A stretch of 63,625 nucleotides of DNA, counting the filler, from Rhabdomonas costata (taxonomy: Eukaryota), in assembly GCA_019059605.1 (NCBI GenBank). It is 35 parts of 35 records of this genome, joined end to end, with 100 filler letters (N's around TTAATTAATTAA, not from the genome) between each part and the next. Parts side by side here need not be neighbours in the genome. Positions count along the whole stretch, not along the records: positions 47,355 to 49,077 come from JAHMHO010010092.1; positions 49,178 to 50,897 come from JAHMHO010010093.1; positions 50,998 to 52,714 come from JAHMHO010010094.1; positions 52,815 to 54,534 come from JAHMHO010010095.1; positions 54,635 to 56,354 come from JAHMHO010010096.1; positions 56,455 to 58,174 come from JAHMHO010010097.1; positions 58,275 to 59,985 come from JAHMHO010010098.1; positions 60,086 to 61,805 come from JAHMHO010010099.1; 27 more parts are not named here. One strand, given 5' to 3'. This document shows, piece after piece, positions 48,675 through 60,925 of the stretch. The first letter of the stretch is position 1. Each line of letters begins with the position of its first letter. The notes beneath the pieces are model-generated. The model made no database searches. It was not told the DNA's origin and saw only the letters and a program-made list of their open reading frames with translations. The translations under genes were made by a program, and so were the position numbers.

Positions 48675-48709
48675 TGTGTATGTGTTTGTGTGTGTGTGTG
48701 TGTGTGTGT
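48675..48709 (+). repeat. (GT)n microsatellite
   Basis: tgtgtatgtgtttgtgtgtgtg... seen directly. Confidence 0.9.
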
Positions 48710-49481
48710 TTGGTGTTTGAAATCCCCTGCCTTCTGCCCACGCGCATGATAGGACTTCTAAGACCTGCGGTCCCCACCACTTGTCAAAGTAATCAAACCG
48801 TGAGAAGTGAATTCCGCTTGAGCGTTACCTTTTCAGAGTATGAATACCTCCAGGAAGTAGTTTGGATTCAGAGTCGCTGGTTGGACACTCCGTGAAGATT
48901 GGCTTCATTGCTTTGTTCGCTGGATCATTGCTTGTGCAGTCAACTCCCGCTCACGGGCTCGCAAGTCTAGCCACGCATCTGGCGGGGCAAAAGGGCAGAG
49001 CAGCGTGTCCACTTTCATTTCCCCTTCGGTGGCATTGAAAGTGGACACGCTGCTCTGCCCTTTTGCCCCCACAAACANNNNNNNNNNNNNNNNNNNNNNN
49101 NNNNNNNNNNNNNNNNNNNNNTTAATTAATTAANNNNNNNNNNNNNNNNNNNNNNNNNNNNNNNNNNNNNNNNNNNNAGCCCACGCGTAACTTTCACTTA
49201 CTAACATTTGGGGGGAGAACTGTCGATGTGATTTTTAAAAGGGAAATGTAAGTGTTCACTTTCCAACCTTGAGCGGCCAATAACCTTTGGTTAACGTGCT
49301 CGCGGCCACCGAATTCTGATATTTTTTAACCTGCTGAAAAATTTTCGTTCAAATGAGGGGAGTGCGACATTTGTTGAGATCTGGAAGGTAAAAGAAGTGT
49401 GCGTGTTCTCAGCGATTAACGGGCTTGCCTTTAGTTGATTTCTCTGTTCAGATTGGCGCACCGGAAGCCGTCTCTTCGCAG

Positions 49482-49580
49482 TCTGCTGCAGCATCTTCCG
49501 CTGCAGGCCGTCTGTGCGCAGCTGGCAGTCTCCGCTGAGGAACTCGCTCAACTTCGGGAGACTTTACTGGATGTGCCGCC
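49482..49580 (+). CDS. Possible isolated exon
   Basis: tcttcgcag acceptor, LLQHLPLQAVCAQLAVSAEELAQLRETLLDVP. The strand is ambiguous. Confidence 0.35.
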
Positions 49581-50762
49581 GTGACGGACATTTGAACTTT
49601 TTTGAATGTTTCAGAGAAAGCACTGTTTGATTATTATTCTGCACAACCATGCCTGCGACTATTGAACTTTATCCCTGCTTGCTAGCTTTTTTGCTTCGAA
49701 TGCAAACGCTGCGCATAGTGTGGGGCGGCGGTACCTTTGTTGGCTCCTTGTCTAGCCTGCATCAGTGGGTTATGTCCCTGTTATACTCAGGAGGCTTGTG
49801 CTGTGTTCCTGCTGCTTCGGAGTACCTCATTCGCGGAGCAGTTTCGATAATCCTTGTGGTCAAGTCGGTTGATGCGCTCATCCTGCCATTTCCTCAACGC
49901 ACCATTCACCCTATGCGTGATAATGAGCTTGACAAAGTTGTAATGATTAGATGATTGAAGATGTTTATGGACTTTTTGATTTTTCTTTGGAGCACACCAA
50001 ATTCCGTCATTTAGTCGATCCATCGCCCCGAAAATGAACCGGAACCTCATCGAGAATCAACGCCATGTAACCCACATAAACGCGGGCCACATCTTGGGTG
50101 TTCACCAAAACGGAAAAGGTCGAGGTGATGTTGGGAGAGTGTTGCCCGGAAATTCTGAAACGCCGATTGAGGCCCCATCCTGGCAGTTTTTCGGTCACCC
50201 CCCCCCCCGCACGAACACCCTGCTTAATTTACCTTGCGGCTGTATTGCCGGATTTTCGGTGGATTTTCGGTAAAAACCGGGTTTGTCGCCATGCGTGCTT
50301 TTCCATTGCGCATCATTTCCCACCTCTGCCGGGTCTCCCGGTACCTTTTTGCTGTCTTTTTTCCTGCGTCCCGTGCGTTGGCGCGTGGCGTGCGCTTTCC
50401 CGTTTTGGTGCCCAAGGCTGGAAAACGCTGATGGGAAAATGCCTCTTCCCCGTTTCCCTAGACAGAACATCCGCCCTTCCCCCAAAAAAAAGACCCATGA
50501 CGTTTGAGATTTCGGTTTCGGTCGATTTTTGCACCCTGGATCTGGTTAATCGGGCTTTTGTTACGACCTTTCCTCGCATTACGCCCTTGGAAAATTTACG
50601 TAGTCTTGCTCGAACCCGCGGCCCCGTTGATTAACGGGTGTGCCCGACGTTGAACATGGCTCACGGGTCATTTAACCGCCCGCCGCCGTTATCGTTCCGA
50701 ACACCCCTCTTTCATTCTTGGTTGGTGTCCCAATCACCCGGGGCAAAAAAAGAATCAGACAT

Positions 50763-50839
50763 GGCCGGTCTTTTGTCTGAGTGGTCTGGGGGCCGGGCTC
50801 TTGGCTGCAAGGTTGCGGGTTCGATTCCCGGACCCGGCC
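50763..50839 (+). pseudogene. tRNA-like element (tRNA pseudogene or SINE head)
   Basis: GGCCGG...CCGGCC acceptor-like stem, A-box-like TGTCTGAGTGGT, B-box GGTTCGATTCC (50818-50828) in a CGGG/CCCG T-stem. No canonical anticodon arm. Confidence 0.6.
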
Positions 50840-51720
50840 GGGGCGGCCACACGCCCGTCTTGGCTCCTGGTTCCCGTCCGGGTCCGGGAATCAAACCNNN
50901 NNNNNNNNNNNNNNNNNNNNNNNNNNNNNNNNNNNNNNNNNTTAATTAATTAANNNNNNNNNNNNNNNNNNNNNNNNNNNNNNNNNNNNNNNNNNNNCAC
51001 TTTCTTGGCAATATTACCAGAGCTTTGTTGAGCTGCTGTGCGACATACTGTGGACAGGCAGGTTTTTAAAGCCGTTGAACCAAATAAGAGTGCCCAGTGT
51101 CAGAGTTGGTTTTGTAGAGTGGAGTTTGTTGGGCGGTGGTGCGTGCGGTTGCGCAGGACTTCTACGACTTCTCGGCCTCGGTGTCCTCCACATCCACCTC
51201 TGTGCCCCGAGCGGGAAACGCCACCGAAGAGCCCCCGGGGGCAGCCCTGGGCAGGCTTCCCGCCCTGGCCTGGCCCGAGCCCCCCACCGCAAAGGGCTCT
51301 GCAGAGCCCTTCGGCGCACCGGAGAGGCCGAGAGCCCCAGCCCAACTCAGAAGGGCGTCACCTCCCCACAGCCTGGTCAGCGTGCCCTTTAAGTCTGCTT
51401 ACCTGGGGGTGGGGGCATGTCCGCTTTGAAGCAGTCAGTAGGAGGCGGACAAACCCAGCAAGAAGACATAGGGGCATACCGCAGTGAGCCTCGGAGCAGG
51501 ACCGATAATAGAGCGAGTCCTGATGGGCTCATGCGCCTGTCCATGATAAGGAGTGGATTTAGCGGCTGCCTCATGTGCTTGCACACACATACACACTCTC
51601 TCTTTTGGTACTTGCCGTATGTCCCTCTAGCGTAATGCTTTGGCACATTAAGATTGCATTAGCATGGCAATGAACGTACTATTTGAGTGTTTCATGCAAA
51701 ATGTCTTCCCAAACGCGCAG

Positions 51721-52675
51721 CGCGGTCCTGGAGGGGTCAGGTCAGCCTGCACTCCCACTTCGACGCGGTGCGGTGCATCTCGTGGCATCCCAGCAGCACC
51801 CTACTGGCCTCCGGTGTGCACCAACCTCAATCGACCTGTGTGGAAACAATTGTGCCGCTTTCTTTACAGCAACGAGAACTTTGATTTGGGACTGTCAGGA
51901 CGTGGGAGGGGTACTAATGTTAAAAATGTTAGAAGAGTACTGATGTTAAATAATGTTACTACTAATTGTGTCAAGCAGATTGTATGACACAAGATGCACC
52001 AGACGCTGCCAGAGGCTCCTTTTCTTATCGTTTTGGATCTTTTTGTCTTCATGCTGTGGCGGATGGTGGTTATGGTTTCCCCATAGCTTCTGTTTCATTT
52101 TACAATGGATAGTGCCCATTGTTCAGCAATTATTATTGAAAAACGCCCACTATCTGAACCTGGACCCTTCGCTTTCTTCTCATAATGGTGAGCCCTGTCT
52201 TCCTCCGGTCAAAATCCTCTGGCCAGAGACCATCTGCAGAAGTCCAGAGGTTAGGCCACATTCTTTTGTGGTGCTGCGCTTACTAGTCAATTAGGCGCGC
52301 GCGTAAGGCGAGAAAAAGAACAAATGGGAGCATCATCTGCGAAGCAAACCTGCGCATGACAGGAATTTAACAAAGTGATCCATTTTTTCCGCATTCTCGG
52401 CCATATCTTGTCACAACCCAATCGTGAGGGACTCATTTTTTTTCTAAACTGTCCCTGAAAGCCAGTGGCCCACAGAACGGAGTCCGCTGCTTTGTGCATC
52501 TACCAGTCCTCATGCTGAAATGAACTTCCGCTGGCGAGCGCTGACCAGTTCATATGCAGACACAAGCCCTCCCATATGCACCCGCAAGCATCCACACAGA
52601 AACGCAAACGCACACACCTTCGCTCTTGCAGGCTCAGAAGACCACACACTGAAACTCTGGAGCTTGACTGGATGG
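51721..52675 (+). CDS. STRN: Striatin-like WD40 protein (two exons, partial)
   Basis: Exons 51721-51813 and 52632-~52675: RSWRGQVSLHSHFDAVRCISWHPSSTLLASGSEDHTLKLWSL, versus the striatin first WD repeat TWNPKFTLRSHFDGIRALAFHP..LITASEDHTLKMWNL. Confidence 0.78.
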
Positions 52676-52814
52676 GTCCGTTCGCGCAGCCCTGACCGCA
52701 CAACCGAGCTCACCNNNNNNNNNNNNNNNNNNNNNNNNNNNNNNNNNNNNNNNNNNNNTTAATTAATTAANNNNNNNNNNNNNNNNNNNNNNNNNNNNNN
52801 NNNNNNNNNNNNNN

Positions 52815-53950
52815 TTTTTGCTGGGGATAATTTGTACATGCACGGAGCTGTGATGATCAATTTCTATGGCAAGTCAATGCTGTAGTTTGTAGGAGGAGCT
52901 TGTAGTAACACTGGTGGCAGCTTCTCTGTAAAGAGATTTTTGTACTCATCATTGATCTTGATCACTCTGTGTGAATCAAAGCTGTCTGAACCGGATGGAA
53001 ACAGGTCGCTGTATCAGGGTTCTTGGTTAATTCCTGAACGTCTTTGCGCGCAGACAGCTTCTTCTGATTCATCGCCTTCCTTTTGTGGTAGTGAGGAGAG
53101 AAGAGCACGCCTGTCCATATTGTAAGGTTTCACCTCTTCTAGACTATGGAGGCCAGAAATGGTGGAGAAGGGCTCCTCTATTGATCTAAGACTGGAATAC
53201 TGCGGGTGGTTTGGGTGCTGGCTGAGGAGTTCTACTGGGATAACAAAAAATGATTGAAAGTTCAACCTGTGGAGATCTATAAGGAGAAGCATTCTGCAAT
53301 TACTGAGCTGCCAAAATGGAATACGCCTGATTCCAAACGTCTAGCTGACGCGCAACTTTGGCTTTGGTTTCGTTCACTTCTTCGGTTAGCTGCTCTAAAA
53401 CAACAGTGGCAAGTGGTTCCAAAAACGAGCAACTCCAGAGGATCCAAACACATCTTCACCTCGCACACTCCACTGAAGTAGTAGAACAACGCGCACGGGT
53501 GTGTTGCAATATACTACAACGGCAACTGCGCAACCATAACACACTCCTTGAAGTGGGAGTCCATAGTTTAGTGGTTGAACAGCAAGAGCTTCAAAACACT
53601 GCGCGGCGCAATGGAAATGTCACATCTGTAGGATTGAGAGCATAGACTCCGGCTGCAATAGCCACCTCAGCAAGGTCAAAAAGCGCGGCGATAGTTGTGT
53701 TTTGATACATTTTACCAGAAGAGTTTCAGCCTCTGACACCGAAACTTTCCCTTGAGCAGCCGCATGAGCAGCCACTTGGTTCCAATTCTCTCTAGCTCAT
53801 CTATGGCCCATAAAGTCCTTGAAAAAACGAATCGGAGACAAGCAAAAAATATGCACCAATCTTTTGCATACAGCACCACAGAGTACAAAGCCATTTAACA
53901 TCATAGCCATGGATAAAGAAGCAGCTTTGTCATTGAAATTCCACCTCCGG
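52815..53950 (-). mobile_element. Decayed Ty3/Gypsy LTR retrotransposon (protease to pre-RT region), copy 2
   Basis: Minus strand: IAALFDL (protease-like), NQKKLSARKDVQELTKNPDTATCFHPVQTA, and EYKNLFTEKLPPVLLQAPPTNYSIDLP*..MYKLSPAK (Gypsy pre-RT motif). Homologous to 4747-4836. Confidence 0.75.
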
Positions 53951-55469
53951 TTCCACCATGCTTCATGGGGGGGATTTTATCACAATTTGCAGTTGAGGAT
54001 TGGATCGAGAAGCTCTGAAACAAACGAAGTGTTCCGGTGGACTCGTGGAATGGTTGGTTCATTGGAAGCACCGCCAATATATCAAACGAAAGGAAAACAA
54101 AAAATTGAAGAAGACACGGAAGTCAATCCAAAGTGACTTAAGGATGTATTTACCAAAAAGAAAGCTAAAGAAGGCGACACGAAGAACGGTGAAGCCATTA
54201 GCATTATAAGCTTCTCTTGAAGAGGAGTTACAATCACACGCAGGAAAAAACCCACACCGGCAACTCCCTTATCTTCCCTTGCATGCGGACATGGTGCTTC
54301 ACTGTTTATCTATTTTTAAGTTTAACTGAAGAAAATTGATATAGGCGGGTAAAGGACAACCTACTGTCTCCAGCCTTGGATTCTATACGCAAGGGGCCGC
54401 GAAGATGGCCAAGGCAATCGGCCAACAAAGCAAGACAATGTCCTCCGCAGACAACGATGCTGCGGGTACACCGCATTGAAGGATTTGAACGCTGAATTTG
54501 CTTCACGGCGGAGGGGGGCTCTACCCACAAAACCNNNNNNNNNNNNNNNNNNNNNNNNNNNNNNNNNNNNNNNNNNNNTTAATTAATTAANNNNNNNNNN
54601 NNNNNNNNNNNNNNNNNNNNNNNNNNNNNNNNNNGCCGCTTCTTTTTCCACCCAGCCCTCGCGTTTCTTTTTTGTAAATCGAAGATTTGGCTTGAAATGC
54701 ACTTATTTCTGCACTTTTTGCATCGCATTTTCGGTTTTCCCAGCCCTTTACATTGGCCGCTGCATACCTAGGCACAAATGGACGTTTCACATTATTAATA
54801 CGTACGAAACTTAGTACGAATATTGTATGGGCTCACAGTCGTGCGAGGTTGCCGGTGTCGACTGCGCGGGTTTCGAGACACCTTAGAAAGAAACCCTTTT
54901 GAGTTAGCACCCTCAGTGACCTCAGCACCACGTAGCAGGGAATAGTGAGCAGAAACGGGTCCCTGCAGTGTGTACAATCCAATTAGCCGTGCTGTAACGA
55001 GGAAATGCACTGTGACAAACTCAACCGAGGCAGGTTAACCCGCCTCAACGAAACATAAGTCAGCCCTTCTTCCCGCGCAGAAAGTGTTGGCTCTAATCCT
55101 CTCCTGGTGAGTTTCGAGGCTTTTCCAGCAATTATGTATCCAGAGGCTGGTTTTTCGTTGATCTGGACAGCTTCTCACCAACTGACCTCCATGAGCTTCG
55201 GGCAGCGCTCATGGATCGCAGGAGCACGCGGATCAGTTCCTGGTTTACAGTCATGATTCAAAGTCAAACTTTGCTTCTGGTTTGAAAGGGTCATTGCGCG
55301 CAGTTGAGTCAAGGGTAGTTGATGGAAGCGGCGTTGGGCAACTGCCTTGTTGGAAAATTTACTTAACTTACTTGTTAAAAATACTAACTTAAACTTACCG
55401 CTGTATGTTGGCATGCAGGTCTGATCAGCTTAATCTGCTGGAGCAATTTCTTCAAAAGAACGGCAGCCC

Positions 55470-56010
55470 TTCTCTCAAAGCCCACTGCACGTTGTCCTTT
55501 CCTCCGGGTTGCGAGGCTCACCCTAAGCCGTCTGCCCGCCACGCTGGGTTTTATCCAATGGCTTTCTCGTCGGCTTCCAAAGCTGAAATCTTCGTGGTCC
55601 TGTTTTACTCTCTCGTCCAACGCTCGCATGTGCCTCGCTGCCTCCCTTCACAGCTTTGGAAGCCCCTATGTGTCTCCTACTTAGGGACAGTTTCTTCAAA
55701 TCCTGCTGGCCCTCCAGTACAGGCCCCACCATGCCCTTTAACCTTTCCCGCCCTTTGTTGGCACCAACCAGCACTGTTGGCAACTGAGGTCTGTGACATC
55801 ATCACCCTGGGTCCGCAGCTACAACCAGGCGGAACTCTACGCCTTGTTTCTTGCATCCTGAAGACAGGCTTACACAAGTTTAGCCATCTGCGCTTCATCG
55901 CTCCACCGCCGCACCTCCTGTCTCCACCACTCGTTCTTGCGCATCCTCCGGCGCATTTGGCGCACCGCACACCAGTATCCTTGGTCTTTCCCAGTAGCCT
56001 TAGACTTGCC
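55470..56010 (+). mobile_element. Decayed DIRS-group retrotransposon RT thumb + RNase H, copy 2
   Basis: RLPATLGFIQWLSR/ASKAEIFVVLFYSLVQRSHVPRCLPSQLWKPL..PLTFP/VGTN..PWVRSYNQAELYALF/GLHKFSHL/FLRILRRIWRTAHQY aligns colinearly with 1890-2400, with frameshifts and deletions. Confidence 0.85.
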
Positions 56011-56875
56011 CTGGCTCTTGTTTCTTCGAAAGATGACGTAGCAGATATCCTGCATACATGTCTGTCCGCCTGCCGAGAGTCGCACCCATCCAGTCTCACT
56101 GCAGGGGTTGCATTGAACTTTGAACGTCGCCGAAAATGCACAGCAGCCCTATGGTAAAGGGCGTTGTTGCAAAGTCGCTCACTCCTCCCATACTTGAGCT
56201 CCACCTCACATCCGGGGTTGCACTCCCGCACGATTGACATCCAACGCTCGTAATTCGGAAGGGAGCCGGGAAACCTGCAAACCGAAAACAGGGGAAGCAG
56301 GCAGCACCCCGCCTTACGCATCGAGCCAGAAAGGGAGCCTGCTCCCCACCCACANNNNNNNNNNNNNNNNNNNNNNNNNNNNNNNNNNNNNNNNNNNNTT
56401 AATTAATTAANNNNNNNNNNNNNNNNNNNNNNNNNNNNNNNNNNNNNNNNNNNNTTTTTTCATTGGGAGATACAGCTCCCGAAAAGAATTGATTCGTTCC
56501 GAGCTGTAGCATGCAGGGAATCATCCTCTAACAGACCTGTTATGAGTCAGTGCCGGTGCAGTTTTTCAGTGGTGTAAACAGTACTTCTCCTCGTGGTGGT
56601 GTAGTTTTCATCGGTTTCGTCTGAGACACGATGACGCGCACATGAAGTATTTCGTTTCACAAGAACTGATAGCTTTTACTTGAGACGAGCAGCAGCACTG
56701 CAGGCAACCACATTGTATGCGCTGTGATAAGTTAGATGCGCCGCGGCCTTGGGCCCCCTCCCAAAGCTACACCTGGGAAAAGATGTGGTGTCGTCACCTG
56801 CGCCATATCACTTTTATGCGCTTGTTTCTGTGTTTGTGCTTTGCAATGCTTTGCATTATTACTGATGATGTGCAG

Positions 56876-56932
56876 CTCCTCCGGCTCCTCCGTGAGGCAT
56901 ACTCCGACAGCGTGCAGGACCTAACCATGTGA
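56876..56932 (+). CDS. Short terminal exon, unknown protein
   Basis: gtgcag acceptor, LLRLLREAYSDSVQDLTM*. Confidence 0.45.
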   Translation, partial: LLRLLREAYSDSVQDLTM

Positions 56933-57873
56933 CAATTTTCGGGCTACGTGTCTCTTGGGTGAGAATTACGCTGTGTTGGGTAAGGTGTCACGTTCGTTTT
57001 ACGAATGTCCACTGAAAACTCTGGCCGGCGGATATGCGCTGACTCCCGCGGGATTGTCTGCCGCCATTTTGAATTTTGGTGGCATGGGGATGGCTTCTTC
57101 TGTTTCGGTACTGGTTTGAAGATCTCTTTCCGCTAGTGCTTTGAAGTCGGAGGGTGAGTGTTGGTTTATCCTTGGAAGAAACCGCTCCCGAAAAGATTAG
57201 CGCTGTTCAGACCTGGGGCTCGTTTGGGAATAGCTTGCAATAAGTCCTCCTCCGACAGACCTGTTACGAGTCAGCTCAGCTTTGGTGTAAATAGTAAACT
57301 GTCAATAGATCTCCTCGCGGCTACAGTGTCCGTCGGTTTCACCAAAGACATCAGGAAGCGGACTCGCTGTCGAGCGGCCTCTGTTCCCAGTGCATCTAGC
57401 GGCGCAAGGGCAACTACTTTTTTGCATTGTTCTTCTCCGCAGTGGCTAACCCCATAGTCATTTCTAGGGTTTTGGTTTCTGATCGTTTACCTGTTGTGCT
57501 TTCTGTTGAAAGTTGCTGTGCTTAGTGGGAGCAGAGCTCGGGTAAGGGGACTGAGGCCCCCTCTCTCGTAGTATGACTGCCAAGAAGCGGGGTGCGAAGG
57601 GCAAGCGCGGAGCTGAGGTTTGAATGCTCTTTTGTCCAGCCAATCACGCGCACCCCCCTCACTCTTCCCTCCCTAAGCATGCTTTTTCCCGCCACTTTAG
57701 GCTCTGTCCCTCAGAAAAGACTTTAGCATTTTGCCGCTGGAGCCCGTCTTTGTTTTTTTTGTGTTTCATCTTTGCTTGGAATAAAGCAGGCGGAGGAGTG
57801 AAGCGCCCTTTTTAAAGCATATGAATGTGTCATGGTCACCTTGTGCATCGCAATGCGTTCTTCTCTGTGCCAG

Positions 57874-57991
57874 TCGATCAATGGGAACGACTCCAACGGG
57901 ATTAGCTACGACACGGTGCAGCAGATGTGGGAGCACGAGCTGGCCGAGAAGCACGAGGGTGGCGACACCCCTGTGTGGTACACCAAGACAG
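57874..57991 (+). CDS. NTMT1: Alpha N-terminal protein methyltransferase (NTM1-like), N-terminal exon
   Basis: SINGNDSNGISYDTVQQMWEHELAEKHEGGDTPVWYTKT fits the G.D.nG..y....eMW..el.....WY N-terminal extension of protist and plant NTM1; donor gtgatc. Confidence 0.72.
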
Positions 57992-58526
57992 GTGATCTAG
58001 CACAACCCCCATCCCCCACTTTTTCCCCTCACACCTCTTGACGAGGCGCTGACGATTTACTGGCAGAAGCAACAAAAGGAGAAATTAACTATGGTTGGCT
58101 GCTTTTGAGACAAGTGAGATAAGTTGTTGGGGTGAAGGCATAGCTTTCCTTCAAAGATACCTCACACCACCCCCNNNNNNNNNNNNNNNNNNNNNNNNNN
58201 NNNNNNNNNNNNNNNNNNTTAATTAATTAANNNNNNNNNNNNNNNNNNNNNNNNNNNNNNNNNNNNNNNNNNNNTGTTTTGTTGCATTTTGGATCCGGGG
58301 AGAATGGATGCCATGACCATTATTTTTGTACCCTGTCCGCGACTCGTCCGCTGGTTTGCAATTGCACTGAAACGCAGCTAAGGCATTAATTATTTCAGCG
58401 GGGTGCACTGCTGATCCATCGGCCGCCAGCTGCAACGTTTCCGTTTCTGTGCCCTTCCGTTGCAGTCGTGGATGCTGGAAGAGAAGGAGGCCACCCCAAC
58501 GCGTTCGCGCCATTTTGTCGTTTCAG

Positions 58527-59309
58527 GGGACGACCTTCGTACACAGCTTCCAGGACTTGCTTACGGTTGTGCTGGAGTGGCACCGGGTTCCTACCGTCAG
58601 CCTGCGGGATGCCTGGGGCCTTCCAGAGTTCCTCCGCATGGCTGCGGACCACCCCAAGGTCCCGGCACCGGGAGTGGGCTCTGGTCTGAAACATATTCCT
58701 GCATTCTCCTTCTGCACAGCGCCATCTTGGGCTGCTGCTCACTGCCCCACGTTGAAACGCTTGGAAGGGAAATAATACGAGTATGGAAGAGACGGTGGCA
58801 GCGACGGCGGGAAAGGAAGTTCTCTGCCCTGTTAGTAGCGGATTTCTGTTGATTTCTTTTTGAAAATATCCCTTTCGTCCGAAGACAACGATAGATGCTA
58901 GAGTGTGAAGGCGCAGCTGAAAGGGCCGTGCTAACAGGGTTTCGCTCGAGCACATCCTACTGCCTATATGCAGCCGTGGAGTCATCCTGTCACGCTGTTG
59001 GGATCGGTTAAGTGAGATTCAACGACAATGTTAGCCTCTGTGCCCTCATTCGATGTGGCATCTCATTGCCTCCCTACCTCTCCCAATGACTTCGGCTCTC
59101 CCACACACACACTCCCTGATACTTTGCATTTTCTTCTCTCAGCCTTTGCACTACGTGAACTGCATCGATTTCTTCCCTTTCTCAGGGCAGACCCTCCCTG
59201 CCGTCGCAGCCTCCCTTGTGGTGGCGCTGTTCACCGCGCTGTGGCCCATGGCTTGCCCAGCAACACCTCCCACCCTTCCCGCGAACACTGACGTGGTCGG
59301 CTTTGCGCG
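58527..59309 (+). CDS. Unknown protein, possibly SGNH-hydrolase-like (exon fragments)
   Basis: Exon 58527-58658 GTTFVHSFQDLLTVVLEWHRVPTVSLRDAWGLPEFLRMAADHPK and a GC3-rich exon near 59143-59309. The family call is weak. Confidence 0.4.
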
Positions 59310-60085
59310 GTGGGGCTACTTCCCCACACCACTGCATCCCGCACCCCCAACAGGCCGCAGCCCCACCACACCATTTTTGAGGGGGACGGGGTGGTTTTGG
59401 GACCGGGTTACGGATTGTAAGTCTAAGTTTACGTCGTCCCACTTTGGAAGTCGAAGTTGAGAATTCAGATAGACTTCAGTTGAATACGGTGCAGAAAGTC
59501 AGAGTCTGGAATGGGTTGTAGTCTATTATGTACTGTTCTGTGATATGGTTCTCGAAGATTGGGTGACGTTGACCCCCCCCCCCCCAGCCTTCGGGAAGGC
59601 ATAATAATATTCCGAATGCTGCTATTTAGAATGTTATTAAAGACCCGTGATTGTTTTTGGCGGCGGTGGAAATCACTGCCGTAGGTAACTTATTCGCATT
59701 TTTTGTAACTCGTGTGGGCCGTTTTACCACAGCAAGTTGGAGGAAGTTGGAGGAAGGTTTTCTGATTGCTGCCTCCGATAATTGCGGCCTTACCACGCCA
59801 TGCAAACAGAAGAAATGTATGTTGGGGTGCTGGAATTTCACCCGTATCACTCGACAGGGCACCGAAGAGGTGTGTCGACGGGGCCAACAGTGACCTAAAG
59901 TCGGGAATATTCTCTCTCTCTTGCGAATAATAACCACGGACGCTTCCCCGTGACCAGGTTCCACACACACCCAAACACAACCCCCNNNNNNNNNNNNNNN
60001 NNNNNNNNNNNNNNNNNNNNNNNNNNNNNTTAATTAATTAANNNNNNNNNNNNNNNNNNNNNNNNNNNNNNNNNNNNNNNNNNNN

Positions 60086-60925
60086 GGGGTGGGGGACATG
60101 GTGGACACCCGCGGCCGCAGCGTGTCTGCGCTTGTCGTGAAGTGTTCCATGCCTGTGGAGGAGGCTGAGGCCGCGTCAAGCTGCCCCACGAAGAGCTCTT
60201 CCTGTCCGTGTCCCTTCCGCTGCCGAAGGGGGCATCATGGGGAGGCCTTCGAGGACGGCGATGATGGCCCCCTGTCTCACTCCCAGCGGTCGCAGCCTCC
60301 GCGGGCGGGAAGCCCTGTGCTGGTTGAGGAGCCGCTGTGTGGGGAGGCGCTTGTGACGGCTCTAGAGGAGTACAGTGCGGAGGGGGGTTCGGGAGATGAC
60401 GAGGCCTTGTGCTCGGGGCCCTGCTCCGTGGTCGGGATCTCGCGTTCCTGCCCGTGTGCACTGATCTCGAACGGGCCGTGCGAGGAGGTCATCCTGTTCC
60501 GCAACCAGGTAAGCAAGTAGTGGGCGACAAAGAGTGCAAAAGGCTCTCTGGGGCATCTTTTACCACGAGCAGAATCGCTTCGCATCGATTGTGTGTTGTT
60601 GGTTAAAGTATCCAGCAACGCTTCTGGCATTCCTTTGTTCCGATCCCAGCTTCCTGTGAAACGCCACGTCTATTGACTTCAACCGCTAGCTCCCCTTTTG
60701 AAAAACCCTGGAATGTCCTTCCGAATCACCGAATGCTTTCTGGTTGTACGTTTGCTCCTGCCTCGAAGAGCTGTGCTTCTTGTGCGGGAATTGGTTCAGG
60801 TCTCGGGGCGGCATCTGTTCTTCACCACGAAGAACGGCTACCTGTGCAAGGAGGTCCGTGATCCTGCCGAGCTGGCGTTCTACTTGGAGCTGGCGAAGGA
60901 CAAGGGAAACCTCTTCAACCGATTC
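60086..60925 (+). CDS. Inositol polyphosphate kinase family (IP6K/IPMK-like), two exons, partial
   Basis: An exon ending at 60508 (donor gtaagc) joins exon 60800-60925: ILFRNQ|VSGRHLFFTTKNGYLCKEVRDPAELAFYLELAKDKGNLFNRF, matching the IPK N-lobe pattern F.hQVgGH....lcK....E..FY....F. Confidence 0.75.

Noticed and set aside
55405-56321. Long ORFs 55405-56157 (+) and 55677-56321 (-) as genes
   Set aside because: Chance open frames over a frameshifted DIRS-group relic; the homologous peptide switches frames.
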